Below are positions 38,591 to 48,770 of a stretch of DNA of 52,612 nucleotides, piece after piece. Every line of letters begins with the position of its first letter. Position 1 is the first letter of the stretch. Made by a program: the position numbers and the translations under genes. This stretch comes from an uncultured Clostridia bacterium (lineage in GTDB: Bacteria; Bacillota; Clostridia; TANB77; CAG-508). The stretch is taken from NCBI GenBank assembly GCA_947625295.1, contig CANQNU010000003.1:1-52612 (forward strand), given 5' to 3'. Below the pieces are notes generated by a model that saw only the letters and a list, made by a program, of their open reading frames with translations, was not told the DNA's origin and ran no database searches.

Positions 38591-39824
38591 AAATTTTCTT
38601 TAATAAAATACTACTATTGTGTCCTCCAAATCCTAATGAGTTTGACATTGCATATTTGATTTCTTGATTTCTTCCTTTATTTGGTACTATGTCTAAGTCA
38701 CATTCTTCGTCTGATACTTTATAGTTTATTGTTGCTGGTACAAACCCTTCTTGTACTGCTTTACTACATACTATTGCTTCTATTCCTCCTGCTGCTCCAA
38801 GTAAGTGTCCTGTATGTCCTTTTGTTGAGCTTACCATTACTTTTTTTGATGCTTCTTCTCCTAATGCTGTTTTTATTGCTTGTGTTTCACATGCATCGTT
38901 CAAATGTGTTGATGTTCCATGTGTATTGATATATGTAATTTCTTCTGGTTTTACATTTGCTTCTTCCATTGCAAGTTTCATTGCTCTTGCTCCACCTTCT
39001 CCGTTTGGTGCTGGTGATGTAATATGATATGCGTCTGATGTTGCTCCATACCCTACTATTTCAGCATATATTTTTGCTCCTCTTTTCTTTGCATGTTCAT
39101 ATTCTTCTAATACAATTATTCCTGCTCCTTCTCCCATTACAAATCCATTTCTTTCTTTGTCAAATGGAATACTTGCTCTTAATTTATCTTCAGATTTACT
39201 TAATGCTTTAATATTTGCAAAACCTGCTACACTCAATGGTGTAATTGAGGCTTCTGTTCCTCCTGCTAAAATAACATCTTGATATCCATGTTTAATCATT
39301 CTGTAGCTTTCCCCAATACAATGTGTTCCTGTAGCACATGCAGTTACCATTGCAATTGATGTGCCTTTTGCTCCAATATCAATTGCTACATTTCCTGTTG
39401 CCATATTAGAAATTGCCATTGGTATATACATTGGAGAAACCCTATCAGGACCTTTTTCTACACATTTACGATTTTCAGTTTCAATAGTTTCAACACCACC
39501 AATTCCTGAACCTAATATAATTCCTACTCTTTCCATATTTTCTTTTTCTTTATCCAAATTACTATCTTTCCAAGCTTCTCTTGCCGCAATGATTGCATAT
39601 TGAGAAAATTTATCTAACCTTTTTGCTTCTCTTTTCTCAAAATAATTTTCTGGATTATAATCTTTTAATTCAGCTGCTAGTTTTACTTTAAAATTACTTG
39701 TATCAAATGCTGTAATTTTATCAATACCACACTTTCCTTCTTTTATACCTTCCCAAAACTCTTCTACATTATTTCCAATTGGAGTGATAGCTCCAAGTCC
39801 TGTTATTACAACTCTTTTTTCCAT
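38589..39824 (-). CDS. fabF: beta-ketoacyl-ACP synthase II
   Basis: KRVVITGLG, active-site ACATG, and the HGTST and GHLLGAAG motifs. Likely start ATG 39824. Confidence 0.94.
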   Translation of the reverse strand: MEKRVVITGLGAITPIGNNVEEFWEGIKEGKCGIDKITAFDTSNFKVKLAAELKDYNPENYFEKREAKRLDKFSQYAIIAAREAWKDSNLDKEKENMERVGIILGSGIGGVETIETENRKCVEKGPDRVSPMYIPMAISNMATGNVAIDIGAKGTSIAMVTACATGTHCIGESYRMIKHGYQDVILAGGTEASITPLSVAGFANIKALSKSEDKLRASIPFDKERNGFVMGEGAGIIVLEEYEHAKKRGAKIYAEIVGYGATSDAYHITSPAPNGEGGARAMKLAMEEANVKPEEITYINTHGTSTHLNDACETQAIKTALGEEASKKVMVSSTKGHTGHLLGAAGGIEAIVCSKAVQEGFVPATINYKVSDEECDLDIVPNKGRNQEIKYAMSNSLGFGGHNSSILLKKI

Positions 39825-39837
39825 TTTTTCTCCTTTC

Positions 39838-39893
39838 AAAGGGATTAGGGATGTTCCTTAAAATCCCTCAAAAAAGGGATTTGGTGACACTCC
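39838..39893. repeat. family-2 intergenic repeat between fabG and fabF
   Basis: aaagggattagggatgttccttaaaatccctcaaaaaagggatttggtgacactcc. About 45 nt are shared with the copy at 38520. Confidence 0.75.
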
Positions 39894-39926
39894 TTATCTC
39901 CATATTTTAATTTACTTTAGATTTTT

Positions 39927-40667
39927 TTACATTACCATTCCACCATCAATATTAATAACTTGCCCTGTTATATAGGAACTTTTTTCTGAACCTAAAAAAT
40001 ATATTAATTCTGCAACCTCTTTAGCTGTACCCATTCTTTTTAATGGTATTTGATTATAGATTGATTCTTTTACAGAGTCAGATAAAACGTTTGTCATATC
40101 TGTTTCTATAAATCCTGGTGCTACTGCGTTTGCACGAATATTTCTTGATGCTAATTCTTTTGCTACGCTTTTTGTAAAACCAATTATTCCTGCTTTTGAT
40201 GCAGAATAGTTGCATTGACCTGCATTTCCAGAAACACCTACAACTGATGATAAATTAATAATACTACCACTTCTTTGTTTCATCATATATTTTGTAACTG
40301 CTTTGGTAACTAAAAAAGTTCCTTTTAAATTAATTTCCATTACTCTATTAAATTCTTCTTCCTTCATTCTCATCAGCAAATTATCTTTTGTTATTCCTGC
40401 ATTATTAACTAGCACATCAATTCTTCCGAATTTATCTATTGCTTGTTTTACTACTTCATCAATTTCTTGTTGATTAGAAACATCTGCTTTTAAAAATAAA
40501 CTTTCAACACCTTTTTCATCAAACTCTTTTTTCAAAGCTACTACATCTGTTTTATCTGATACATAATTTATTACTACATTATATCCATGTTCTGCATAAG
40601 TTAAAGCTACTTGCTTTCCAATTCCTCTTGATCCACCTGTTACAAAAACTACATTATTTTCACTCAT
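39927..40667 (-). CDS. fabG: 3-oxoacyl-ACP reductase
   Basis: 246 aa: TGGSRGIG, NNAGI and YSASKAG. Confidence 0.93.
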   Translation of the reverse strand: MSENNVVFVTGGSRGIGKQVALTYAEHGYNVVINYVSDKTDVVALKKEFDEKGVESLFLKADVSNQQEIDEVVKQAIDKFGRIDVLVNNAGITKDNLLMRMKEEEFNRVMEINLKGTFLVTKAVTKYMMKQRSGSIINLSSVVGVSGNAGQCNYSASKAGIIGFTKSVAKELASRNIRANAVAPGFIETDMTNVLSDSVKESIYNQIPLKRMGTAKEVAELIYFLGSEKSSYITGQVINIDGGMVM

Positions 40668-40729
40668 TTTTTCCTCCTTATTATAAATTATTTATACTTT
40701 AAATTTTTTAAAACAATTTCTGATAGGCT

Positions 40730-41665
40730 TTATCTTTCTTGACTTATATAATTTTTTAAAGATTCTAAATTATTTATATTTACTATATTTGCTTCTTTGT
40801 TATCTTTTTTTATAAATCCTGTTAAAGTTTTTCCTGGTCCTATTTCAACATATTCCTCAACTTTGTCATTTTCCATAAGTTGAATTGCTTTATCAAATCT
40901 TACAGGACTAATAATATGATTAGCCAGAATTTCCTTTACATTATCTTTTTCTTGATAATAAGTTCCATCTATATTTTTAATTACTTTTATTTCATTTATT
41001 TGATTAAAACTTACCTTTTCTAATTCCTTTGCATATGCATCCTTTGCCTCTTTTAACTTGCTCGTATGGAAAGGCCCGCTCGTATTAAGTTTTATTACTC
41101 TCTTTGCCCCTGCCATTTTTAATTTTTCTATTGCTTCATCAATTGCATCTAATTTTCCTGATATAACTGTTTGAACTTGGCAATTATAATTAGCAGGTAC
41201 TACAAATTTACCTTGTTCACTCAATTCTTTACACACTTTTTCAATTTTTGAAGAATCTAGCCCTATTACTGCTGCCATTGAATATTTTTCATCAGGAACT
41301 AAAGTGTCCATATAATATCCTCTTTTTTGTATTAATCTAATTCCATCCTCGAAACTAATAATACCAGCATAAATCAAAGCAACATACTCTCCCAAGCTTA
41401 AACCTACCGCAATTTCTGCATTTATATCATTATTTTTCAACACTTCTAAAATCGCTAAGCTTGTTGTTAATATTGCAATTTGTGTATATTGTGTTTGATT
41501 TAACACTTCCTCTGGACCTTCAAAACATATTTTCTTTATATCTATTCCAGAAATCTTCGACGCTCTATCATATATCTCTCTTGCCTCTTCATAATTTTCA
41601 TAAATATCTTTTCCCATTCCAATAACTTGTGTACCTTGGCCTGGAAACAAAAACGCTCTTTTCAT
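40730..41665 (-). CDS. fabD: malonyl CoA-ACP transacylase
   Basis: 311 aa: FLFPGQGTQ and GLSLGEY. Confidence 0.93.
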   Translation of the reverse strand: MKRAFLFPGQGTQVIGMGKDIYENYEEAREIYDRASKISGIDIKKICFEGPEEVLNQTQYTQIAILTTSLAILEVLKNNDINAEIAVGLSLGEYVALIYAGIISFEDGIRLIQKRGYYMDTLVPDEKYSMAAVIGLDSSKIEKVCKELSEQGKFVVPANYNCQVQTVISGKLDAIDEAIEKLKMAGAKRVIKLNTSGPFHTSKLKEAKDAYAKELEKVSFNQINEIKVIKNIDGTYYQEKDNVKEILANHIISPVRFDKAIQLMENDKVEEYVEIGPGKTLTGFIKKDNKEANIVNINNLESLKNYISQER

Positions 41666-41704
41666 ATTTTTCTTTTCCTTTCTTCATTTAATAATGCCAC
41701 GGGG

Positions 41705-41850
41705 TTGCCAAGGTTGCCAATGGTTCCGGGTTTAAATGGCAACAAACCATTAGTTTCAAGTTTAAATAGTAACATATTAATTTTTAATATATAAATTATA
41801 AATTTTAATATGTTGCCATTTAAACCCGGAACCATTGGCAACCTTGGCAA
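41705..41850. repeat. family-1 repeat: perfect 39-bp inverted arms around a 68-bp AT-rich spacer, inside the fabH-fabD spacer
   Basis: ttgccaaggttgccaatggttccgggtttaaatggcaac (41705-41743) and its exact reverse complement (41812-41850). There is also an inner pairing aacatattaa / ttaatatgtt. Confidence 0.88.
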
Positions 41851-41868
41851 CCTTTGGCAACCCTGGAA

Positions 41869-42795
41869 CTAAATTTCTAGTAAAATTGTCCCTGTGTTTA
41901 GTCCTCCACCATATCCTAGTAAGATTATTTTTTCGCCTTTTTTTAATAATTCTTTTTTCATCATTTCGTCTAGTGCAATTGGTATGCTGGCACAGAATGT
42001 GTTTCCTATATATTTAATATTTGTATATATTTTGTTAGTGTCTACATTTAGCCTTTTTTCAATTGCTTTCATTATTTTGATATTTGATTGATGTGGTACA
42101 ATATATTTTATATTTTCTATTGTTTCATTTGATTTTTTTAATAATTCTTTTATGTTTTTTACTGTATTTGTTACTGCATATTTGTATATTTCTTTGCCAT
42201 TCATAAATATGTTTTCATTTGATTTACAAATTAAAATTTCATTATTTTTTCCATCTGCTTTTATATTTGAAATATATAGTTTTTCTTCTTCTGTTTTTCC
42301 AATTAAGGTTGCTCCTGCTCCGTCTGCTAATATAATGGCTGTGCCAATATCGTTACTATTTGTATATTTTGATAAAATATCAACTCCAATAATTAATGCT
42401 TTTTCTATTTTTCCTGTTTGTATATATGAAGTTGCTATGTCAAATGCATTTATATATCCACTACATCCTGCTAATATGTCTAAACATATACATTGTTGAA
42501 TTTCAAATTCTTTTTGAATATAATTTGAAATTCCTGGCATTAGGCAATTAGTTGTGGTAGTTGCTACTATAATTAATCCTATATTTTCTTTTGTTACATT
42601 TTTTTGAAATAAGTCTTTTACTGCATTTTTAGCCATTTCTTCTATAGTTTCTTCCTGAGTATGATATCTTTCTTTAATTCCTGTTCTTTTTTCAATATAA
42701 TCTTTTTCTAAGTTTAATCGTTTTTCCAGTATTTCACTTTTTATCTTTACTTTTGGTAAATAACTCCCATTTGCAAGTATTTCTATTGAATTCAT
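41869..42795 (-). CDS. fabH: beta-ketoacyl-ACP synthase III
   Basis: 308 aa with the active-site region LAGCSGY, HQSN and a C-terminal GYGGGL. Confidence 0.9.
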   Translation of the reverse strand: MNSIEILANGSYLPKVKIKSEILEKRLNLEKDYIEKRTGIKERYHTQEETIEEMAKNAVKDLFQKNVTKENIGLIIVATTTTNCLMPGISNYIQKEFEIQQCICLDILAGCSGYINAFDIATSYIQTGKIEKALIIGVDILSKYTNSNDIGTAIILADGAGATLIGKTEEEKLYISNIKADGKNNEILICKSNENIFMNGKEIYKYAVTNTVKNIKELLKKSNETIENIKYIVPHQSNIKIMKAIEKRLNVDTNKIYTNIKYIGNTFCASIPIALDEMMKKELLKKGEKIILLGYGGGLNTGTILLEI

Positions 42796-42968
42796 ATAAT
42801 CCTCACTTTGTTTAATATTTTTTTATTTATGTTTAACATTTTATATAAATTACATATCTTTTATTTATATATATGATTTTATCTAGTCTTTCATATAATT
42901 TTTTATATAAGCTTTTATATTTATATACTATTTTTCTATTTTTTTCTATTGGTCTAAGTGGTCAGGAC

Positions 42969-43028
42969 AAAAAAAAAGAATTTTAAATTTTATATACAAT
43001 TTATCATTGATAAAAATTTAAAATTCTT
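42969..43028 (-). terminator. rho-independent terminator after the WG-repeat gene
   Basis: 15-bp perfect stem aagaattttaaattt / aaatttaaaattctt followed by a T9 run on the minus strand. Confidence 0.75.
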
Positions 43029-43054
43029 TATAGATATTTTTACAATATTATTTT

Positions 43055-44626
43055 TTATTCATTTTCTTGTGAATCATCTTCGCTGTATTGTTGAGAATTA
43101 TTCTCTTCTTCGTTTTGTTCTATATTTTGTTCATTTATTTGTTCTTCATTTCCTTCATTACTTTCATCTTCTCTATTTTCTTCATTAGCATTTTGATTAT
43201 TATTATATTGTCCTTCTTGGTCGCTTGATTCTTGAGAATCTTGTTCATTATTAGTTGATTGTTGATTTTGCTCGTTATTTTTTGAATTACTTCTATTATT
43301 TGAATTTGTTCCCATTCCTATGCTATCCATAAATTCAATCGCATTAATTTGATTTCCTTGAAAAGATATATAATAATTTTTTTCTTCTGCATCTATTGTC
43401 ATATAAATACTGTCTGCTACCATTCCAAATAGTTCTTCTCCTGCTGAATTTATTAATGTATATTTTTTGTCTTTACCTACTACTATTGCATTATAATTTG
43501 GAATAATAAGTAAACTTAGTTCACTTCTATTATTTACTGTTGTACATCCTAAATTATCATATTTATAATCTACTATTTTCTTACCTTTTTTATCAAATAA
43601 CCCCCAATATTGACCTTTCTTTACAGGAATCAAGTTATCTGCTAATATATAACTACTTTTTAAATCATTCTTTTCAAAACTTGCTGTATCTATTCCTATC
43701 TGATCGTTTTCAATATGTATTTTTATATTTCCATTAAAATCAATTACTCCGTATTTATTATCTTTTTTAACTAAATATAATTCTGATTCCATGTCCATTA
43801 ATTTGATATCATCATAAATAACTTCTACCTTTGTTTCTCTTGTTTTTGATAATATACCTTTTTTGTTATTATCTGTTACCAAAAAATCTCCTGTATTTTC
43901 TAAAAATAATATATCGTCATATTTATCTTCTAATATTGTATTTCCACTATTGTCAATTACTCCGTATTTTTCTTTCTCGTTTTTTACAATAATAATTCCT
44001 TCTATAAGTGCTTTTTGATTTGCAAATACATCACTTATTCCTGTATATCCATAATTAATAACCTTACTATTATATACTTCAACTAAATATGGTAATGTAT
44101 AAACATAAATTCTATTATTTTTTTGATCATATTCAAAACTAACATTAAAAGCTTCTTCTATTGCTTCTGATGATGCATATAATACTCCATTAATAGCTTT
44201 TACAGGTTCTTTTATATATACACTTTCATAATTTTCATTATTATCTTCTAAATTTACTTTGTATATTTCATTAGAATTTAATGAAAAATTTGCAATTTCA
44301 TAGTCACCTTGAACATAGCATTTACTTTGGTCTTCTGATTTATTACCATACTCTCCATTATAACTTTCATAATCAAAATAACTAGCAACTTCTTTAATTG
44401 GAAAATATACTACTCCATTTTCTTCAATTCTTAATAATTGTTTAAATTGTTCACTTTCTTGTCCATTTAATAGTACTCTTAATGCCGTTTTTTGTATGTA
44501 TACTAAATAAGTTGAAATTCCAATGATAATTAAAACAATTAAAATAATAGCAATTAAAATAATTGTAGTTGCTTTACTTTTTTTCTTTTCATTTTTATTT
44601 TCAAAACTTTCCTCGATTAGATTCAT
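43055..44626 (-). CDS. membrane-anchored WG-repeat protein with acidic N/Q/E-rich C-terminal tail
   Basis: 523 aa with an N-terminal TM, repeated KYGVID / YWGLFDKKGK (WG beta-repeat-like) units and a low-complexity NEQ tail. Confidence 0.65.
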   Translation of the reverse strand: MNLIEESFENKNEKKKSKATTIILIAIILIVLIIIGISTYLVYIQKTALRVLLNGQESEQFKQLLRIEENGVVYFPIKEVASYFDYESYNGEYGNKSEDQSKCYVQGDYEIANFSLNSNEIYKVNLEDNNENYESVYIKEPVKAINGVLYASSEAIEEAFNVSFEYDQKNNRIYVYTLPYLVEVYNSKVINYGYTGISDVFANQKALIEGIIIVKNEKEKYGVIDNSGNTILEDKYDDILFLENTGDFLVTDNNKKGILSKTRETKVEVIYDDIKLMDMESELYLVKKDNKYGVIDFNGNIKIHIENDQIGIDTASFEKNDLKSSYILADNLIPVKKGQYWGLFDKKGKKIVDYKYDNLGCTTVNNRSELSLLIIPNYNAIVVGKDKKYTLINSAGEELFGMVADSIYMTIDAEEKNYYISFQGNQINAIEFMDSIGMGTNSNNRSNSKNNEQNQQSTNNEQDSQESSDQEGQYNNNQNANEENREDESNEGNEEQINEQNIEQNEEENNSQQYSEDDSQENE

Positions 44627-44636
44627 TTGAACCTCC

Positions 44637-45800
<1,164 letters not shown>

Positions 45801-45860
45801 TTAATTTTATTGTATAATATACTTATTAACACTAATATATATATTACTAATTATGATTTT

Positions 45861-46895
45861 TTACTCCGTCCCTAAAATCATCATTGCATCTCCGAAGCTA
45901 AAAAATCTGTATCTTTCTTTTACCGCTTCTTCATATGCTTTCATTATGTATTCTTTTCCTGCTAATGCTGATACTAGCATTAATAATGTTGATTGTGGTA
46001 AGTGAAAGTTTGTGATTAGTCCATCTATGCATTTGAATTTGTAGCCTGGATATATAAATATTTGTGTATCACTCTCTTGAGGGTCTACCATTCCTGTTTC
46101 TTCATCTGCAATAGTTTCTAATACTCTACATGATGTTGTTCCTACTGCGATAACTCTTCTACCTTCTTTTTTTGCATTGTTGATTTTGTCGCAATCTTCT
46201 TGTTTAATATAAAAATGCTCTGAATGCATTTCATGTGCTTCGACTGTCTCTTCTTTTACAGGTCTAAATGTTCCTATTCCTACATGTAGTGTTACATTTG
46301 CTATTTCTATTCCCTTTTCTTGTATTTTTCCTAATAACTCTGGCGTAAAATGCAATCCTGCTGTTGGTGCTGCTGCTGATCCTTCATATTTTGCATATAC
46401 TGTTTGGTATCTGTCTTTATCTTTAAGTTTTTCGTGAATATATGGTGGTAATGGCATCATTCCTATTTTGTCTAATATTTCATTAAAAATTCCTTTATAA
46501 TAAAATTTTACTTTTCTTGTTCCTCCTGGCATAATATCTAATATTTCTGCTTGTAATAATCCATCACCAAAAACAACTTTTGTTCCAACATGTAATTTGT
46601 TTCCTGGTCTTACAATAGATTCCCAAATGTCCCCTTCTATATTTTTTAATAATAAAAATTCTACATTTGCACCTGTTTCTTTTTTACCATATATTCTTGC
46701 TGGGATTACCTTTGTATTATTTCTTACTAAAACATCCCCTGGTTTTAAGTAATCTATTATGTCTTTAAAAACTTTATGTTCAATACTTTGATTTTTTTTA
46801 TTTAATACCATTAATCTTGATTCATCTCTTTTTTCTAATGGTGTTTGTGCTATCAATTCTTCTGGTAGTTCATAATTAAATTCTGATACTTTCAC
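45861..46895 (-). CDS. queA: S-adenosylmethionine:tRNA ribosyltransferase-isomerase
   Basis: 344 aa: [22 protein letters not shown] and AVGTTS. Confidence 0.95.
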   Translation of the reverse strand: MKVSEFNYELPEELIAQTPLEKRDESRLMVLNKKNQSIEHKVFKDIIDYLKPGDVLVRNNTKVIPARIYGKKETGANVEFLLLKNIEGDIWESIVRPGNKLHVGTKVVFGDGLLQAEILDIMPGGTRKVKFYYKGIFNEILDKIGMMPLPPYIHEKLKDKDRYQTVYAKYEGSAAAPTAGLHFTPELLGKIQEKGIEIANVTLHVGIGTFRPVKEETVEAHEMHSEHFYIKQEDCDKINNAKKEGRRVIAVGTTSCRVLETIADEETGMVDPQESDTQIFIYPGYKFKCIDGLITNFHLPQSTLLMLVSALAGKEYIMKAYEEAVKERYRFFSFGDAMMILGTE

Positions 46896-48255
46896 TTATG
46901 TTTCTTCTCCTTGTACAATATATTTTACTTTTCTTGCTAAATTTTGAAATAATTCTCTTATTTCTTCTATAATATTTTCAGGTTGTTTGAATTTATCAAT
47001 TTGATATGAAAATTCAAAATTACTTTCTTTGGCTGGTTTTAGAGTATAAATTTCTTGTGGTAATCCAATTCTTCCATTTGATGATGATATATTTTTGTTC
47101 ATATAATCTGTATACCATTTCTTTTCTCCGATTAGTGGTTCATTTTTATATCCATACTTTTGATAATCATGTAATTCTGGTCTTTCATATCCATATTCTT
47201 CTGATGTTCTCTCTAAAGAATGCAAAAATTCATGCAATAAGACTTCTTCTGGAAATGTATTAATTTTTGTATTATATTTGTAAATATAGCTTTTTGAACT
47301 ATTAGGTAGCCTTATATTTGAAAATCCTATTCCATAATAATCCATAGATCCTAATCCTATCCAATCATTTACTTGAATATCATCGTTGTGTTCTTCATCT
47401 CCGAAGTCGTACTACAACAAATATATGATCATAATCACTATTTTCAATTGTATTCCTAATTTGTGATTCTACATCTTCTGGTGCAACATAATATCCAAAT
47501 TCTTCGTCATAAGATAATTTTGAAATTGGAGTTTCTATTTGATATACATCACATTTTGCTGTCATTTTTCCTTGTGATAGTTCTCTACATGAATTTTCGA
47601 ATCTCCTTATTGTATCTGTTATATCTTGCTTATCTGATTGAGTTACATTTAATTTAATTTCATTACTTCCTATATTTACATCTGTTGTTTCAAAAATGAA
47701 ACAAGCAAATTTCCATTCATTATTTGTATCTGCAATTCCTTCTTCTATTGTAAAATCAGAAAACCAAGCCTCTCCTTGTGCTTCTCCTAAATATCCACCT
47801 AATCTAAATCCTATATTTACTATATCTCTGTCTTTTGAATTAAATATTAATTCTATTTTTTGCCAATCTTGTGTTCCAGAAATAGCTATACTTCTTTCTG
47901 TTGTTCCTTCTATAGAAATTTGTGCTCCTACTCCGGATTTCTCTTCTTTTGATTTTATATCATTTGTTTTTACCATACATGTAACTTTATATGGTTTGTT
48001 TTTTTCAACTTTTATTTTTTTGTAAAACATTGCGTCATTATATGTTGAAGATTCTATTTTATAACTTGAATTTTCAGAATATTTTATTTCATCATCTCTT
48101 ATAAAAACTGAAACATGTGGATTTGTTTCACTTCTTACAAAATCATTAAAATTATTTTTTTGATAGTATTGATATGCTAGATATAATATTACTAATAAAA
48201 TAACTAATATTATAAATTCTATAATTTTATTAAATATATTCTTTTCTTCATTCAT
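46896..48255 (-). CDS. membrane-anchored protein with CBM-like beta-sandwich and C-terminal HExxH motif; two ORFs joined across an in-frame CGG (47401-47403)
   Basis: The upstream ORF ends ..VVVRL-CGG-AGA-TGA. Skipping the C at 47403 reads GDEEHNDDIQVNDWIGLGS with no stop, into MDYYGIGF...LLHEFLHSLE of ORF 46896-47345. Two separate genes remain possible. Confidence 0.5.
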
Positions 48256-48359
48256 ATGTTATACTCCATTTAACATTTTATTTCTTACTTATTATATATT
48301 ATTTTTACTAATATATCAACAAATTTCATGTTCGAAATATGTTATTCAATATAATATAC

Positions 48360-48388
48360 TTGATATATCAGCATTTTTGTAGTATAAT
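48360..48388 (+). promoter_or_regulatory. sigma-A promoter of the 78-aa ORF
   Basis: TTGATA, 17 nt spacer, TATAAT, about 30 nt upstream of RBS AAGGAG. Confidence 0.6.
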
Positions 48389-48424
48389 AAATATATATTA
48401 ACATAACACAGAAGGAGTGATTAT

Positions 48425-48661
48425 ATGGCAACACGGAAATTAGCAATACAATATGGAAATAGGAAGAAGGAATTTGATTTAACTCCAAAAAGGTACAGCG
48501 AAGTTGAATCATTGCTCGAGTATTATAACTATGATTTCTGTTTAGAAGATTATATCTTTGTATACAGCAATAGGATAATATTCGATATCATTGATTTATG
48601 TCTTTCTTCATTTTCCACTCCACAACCGGCAAAAGATTCATATCATTTACCATGTATTTAA
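48425..48661 (+). CDS. hypothetical 78-aa protein with atypical codon usage and an in-frame CGG at codon 4
   Basis: Strong promoter, RBS and a downstream terminator. It uses AGG for Arg, unlike its neighbours. I recognise no motif. Confidence 0.45.
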   Translation: MATRKLAIQYGNRKKEFDLTPKRYSEVESLLEYYNYDFCLEDYIFVYSNRIIFDIIDLCLSSFSTPQPAKDSYHLPCI

Positions 48662-48680
48662 TGAGTAATCTTTTGCAACC

Positions 48681-48714
48681 AAAAGAGGGTTCCTTTCGCG
48701 GGATACCCTCTTTT
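48681..48714. terminator. bidirectional terminator between the 78-aa ORF and pnp
   Basis: aaaagagggttcc...ggataccctctttt: a GC-rich stem flanked by A-run and T-run. Confidence 0.75.
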
Positions 48715-48770
48715 TCATTATTTATTAATACAACTAAACAAATGAAGACAGTTCCTAAGTCTTAAATTTA

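Noticed and set aside
10912-41760. Shared TAGTTTCAAG decamer between the right arm of the 10.9-kb foldback and the spacer of the fab-cluster repeat.
   Set aside because: It is too short to separate from chance in AT-rich sequence, and the flanks do not align.
41662-41850. 62-aa minus-strand ORF in the fabH-fabD spacer (and the plus-strand ORF 41835-42017).
   Set aside because: It reads through the family-1 inverted repeat (PMVPGLNGN peptide). It has no RBS and its composition is driven by the repeat.
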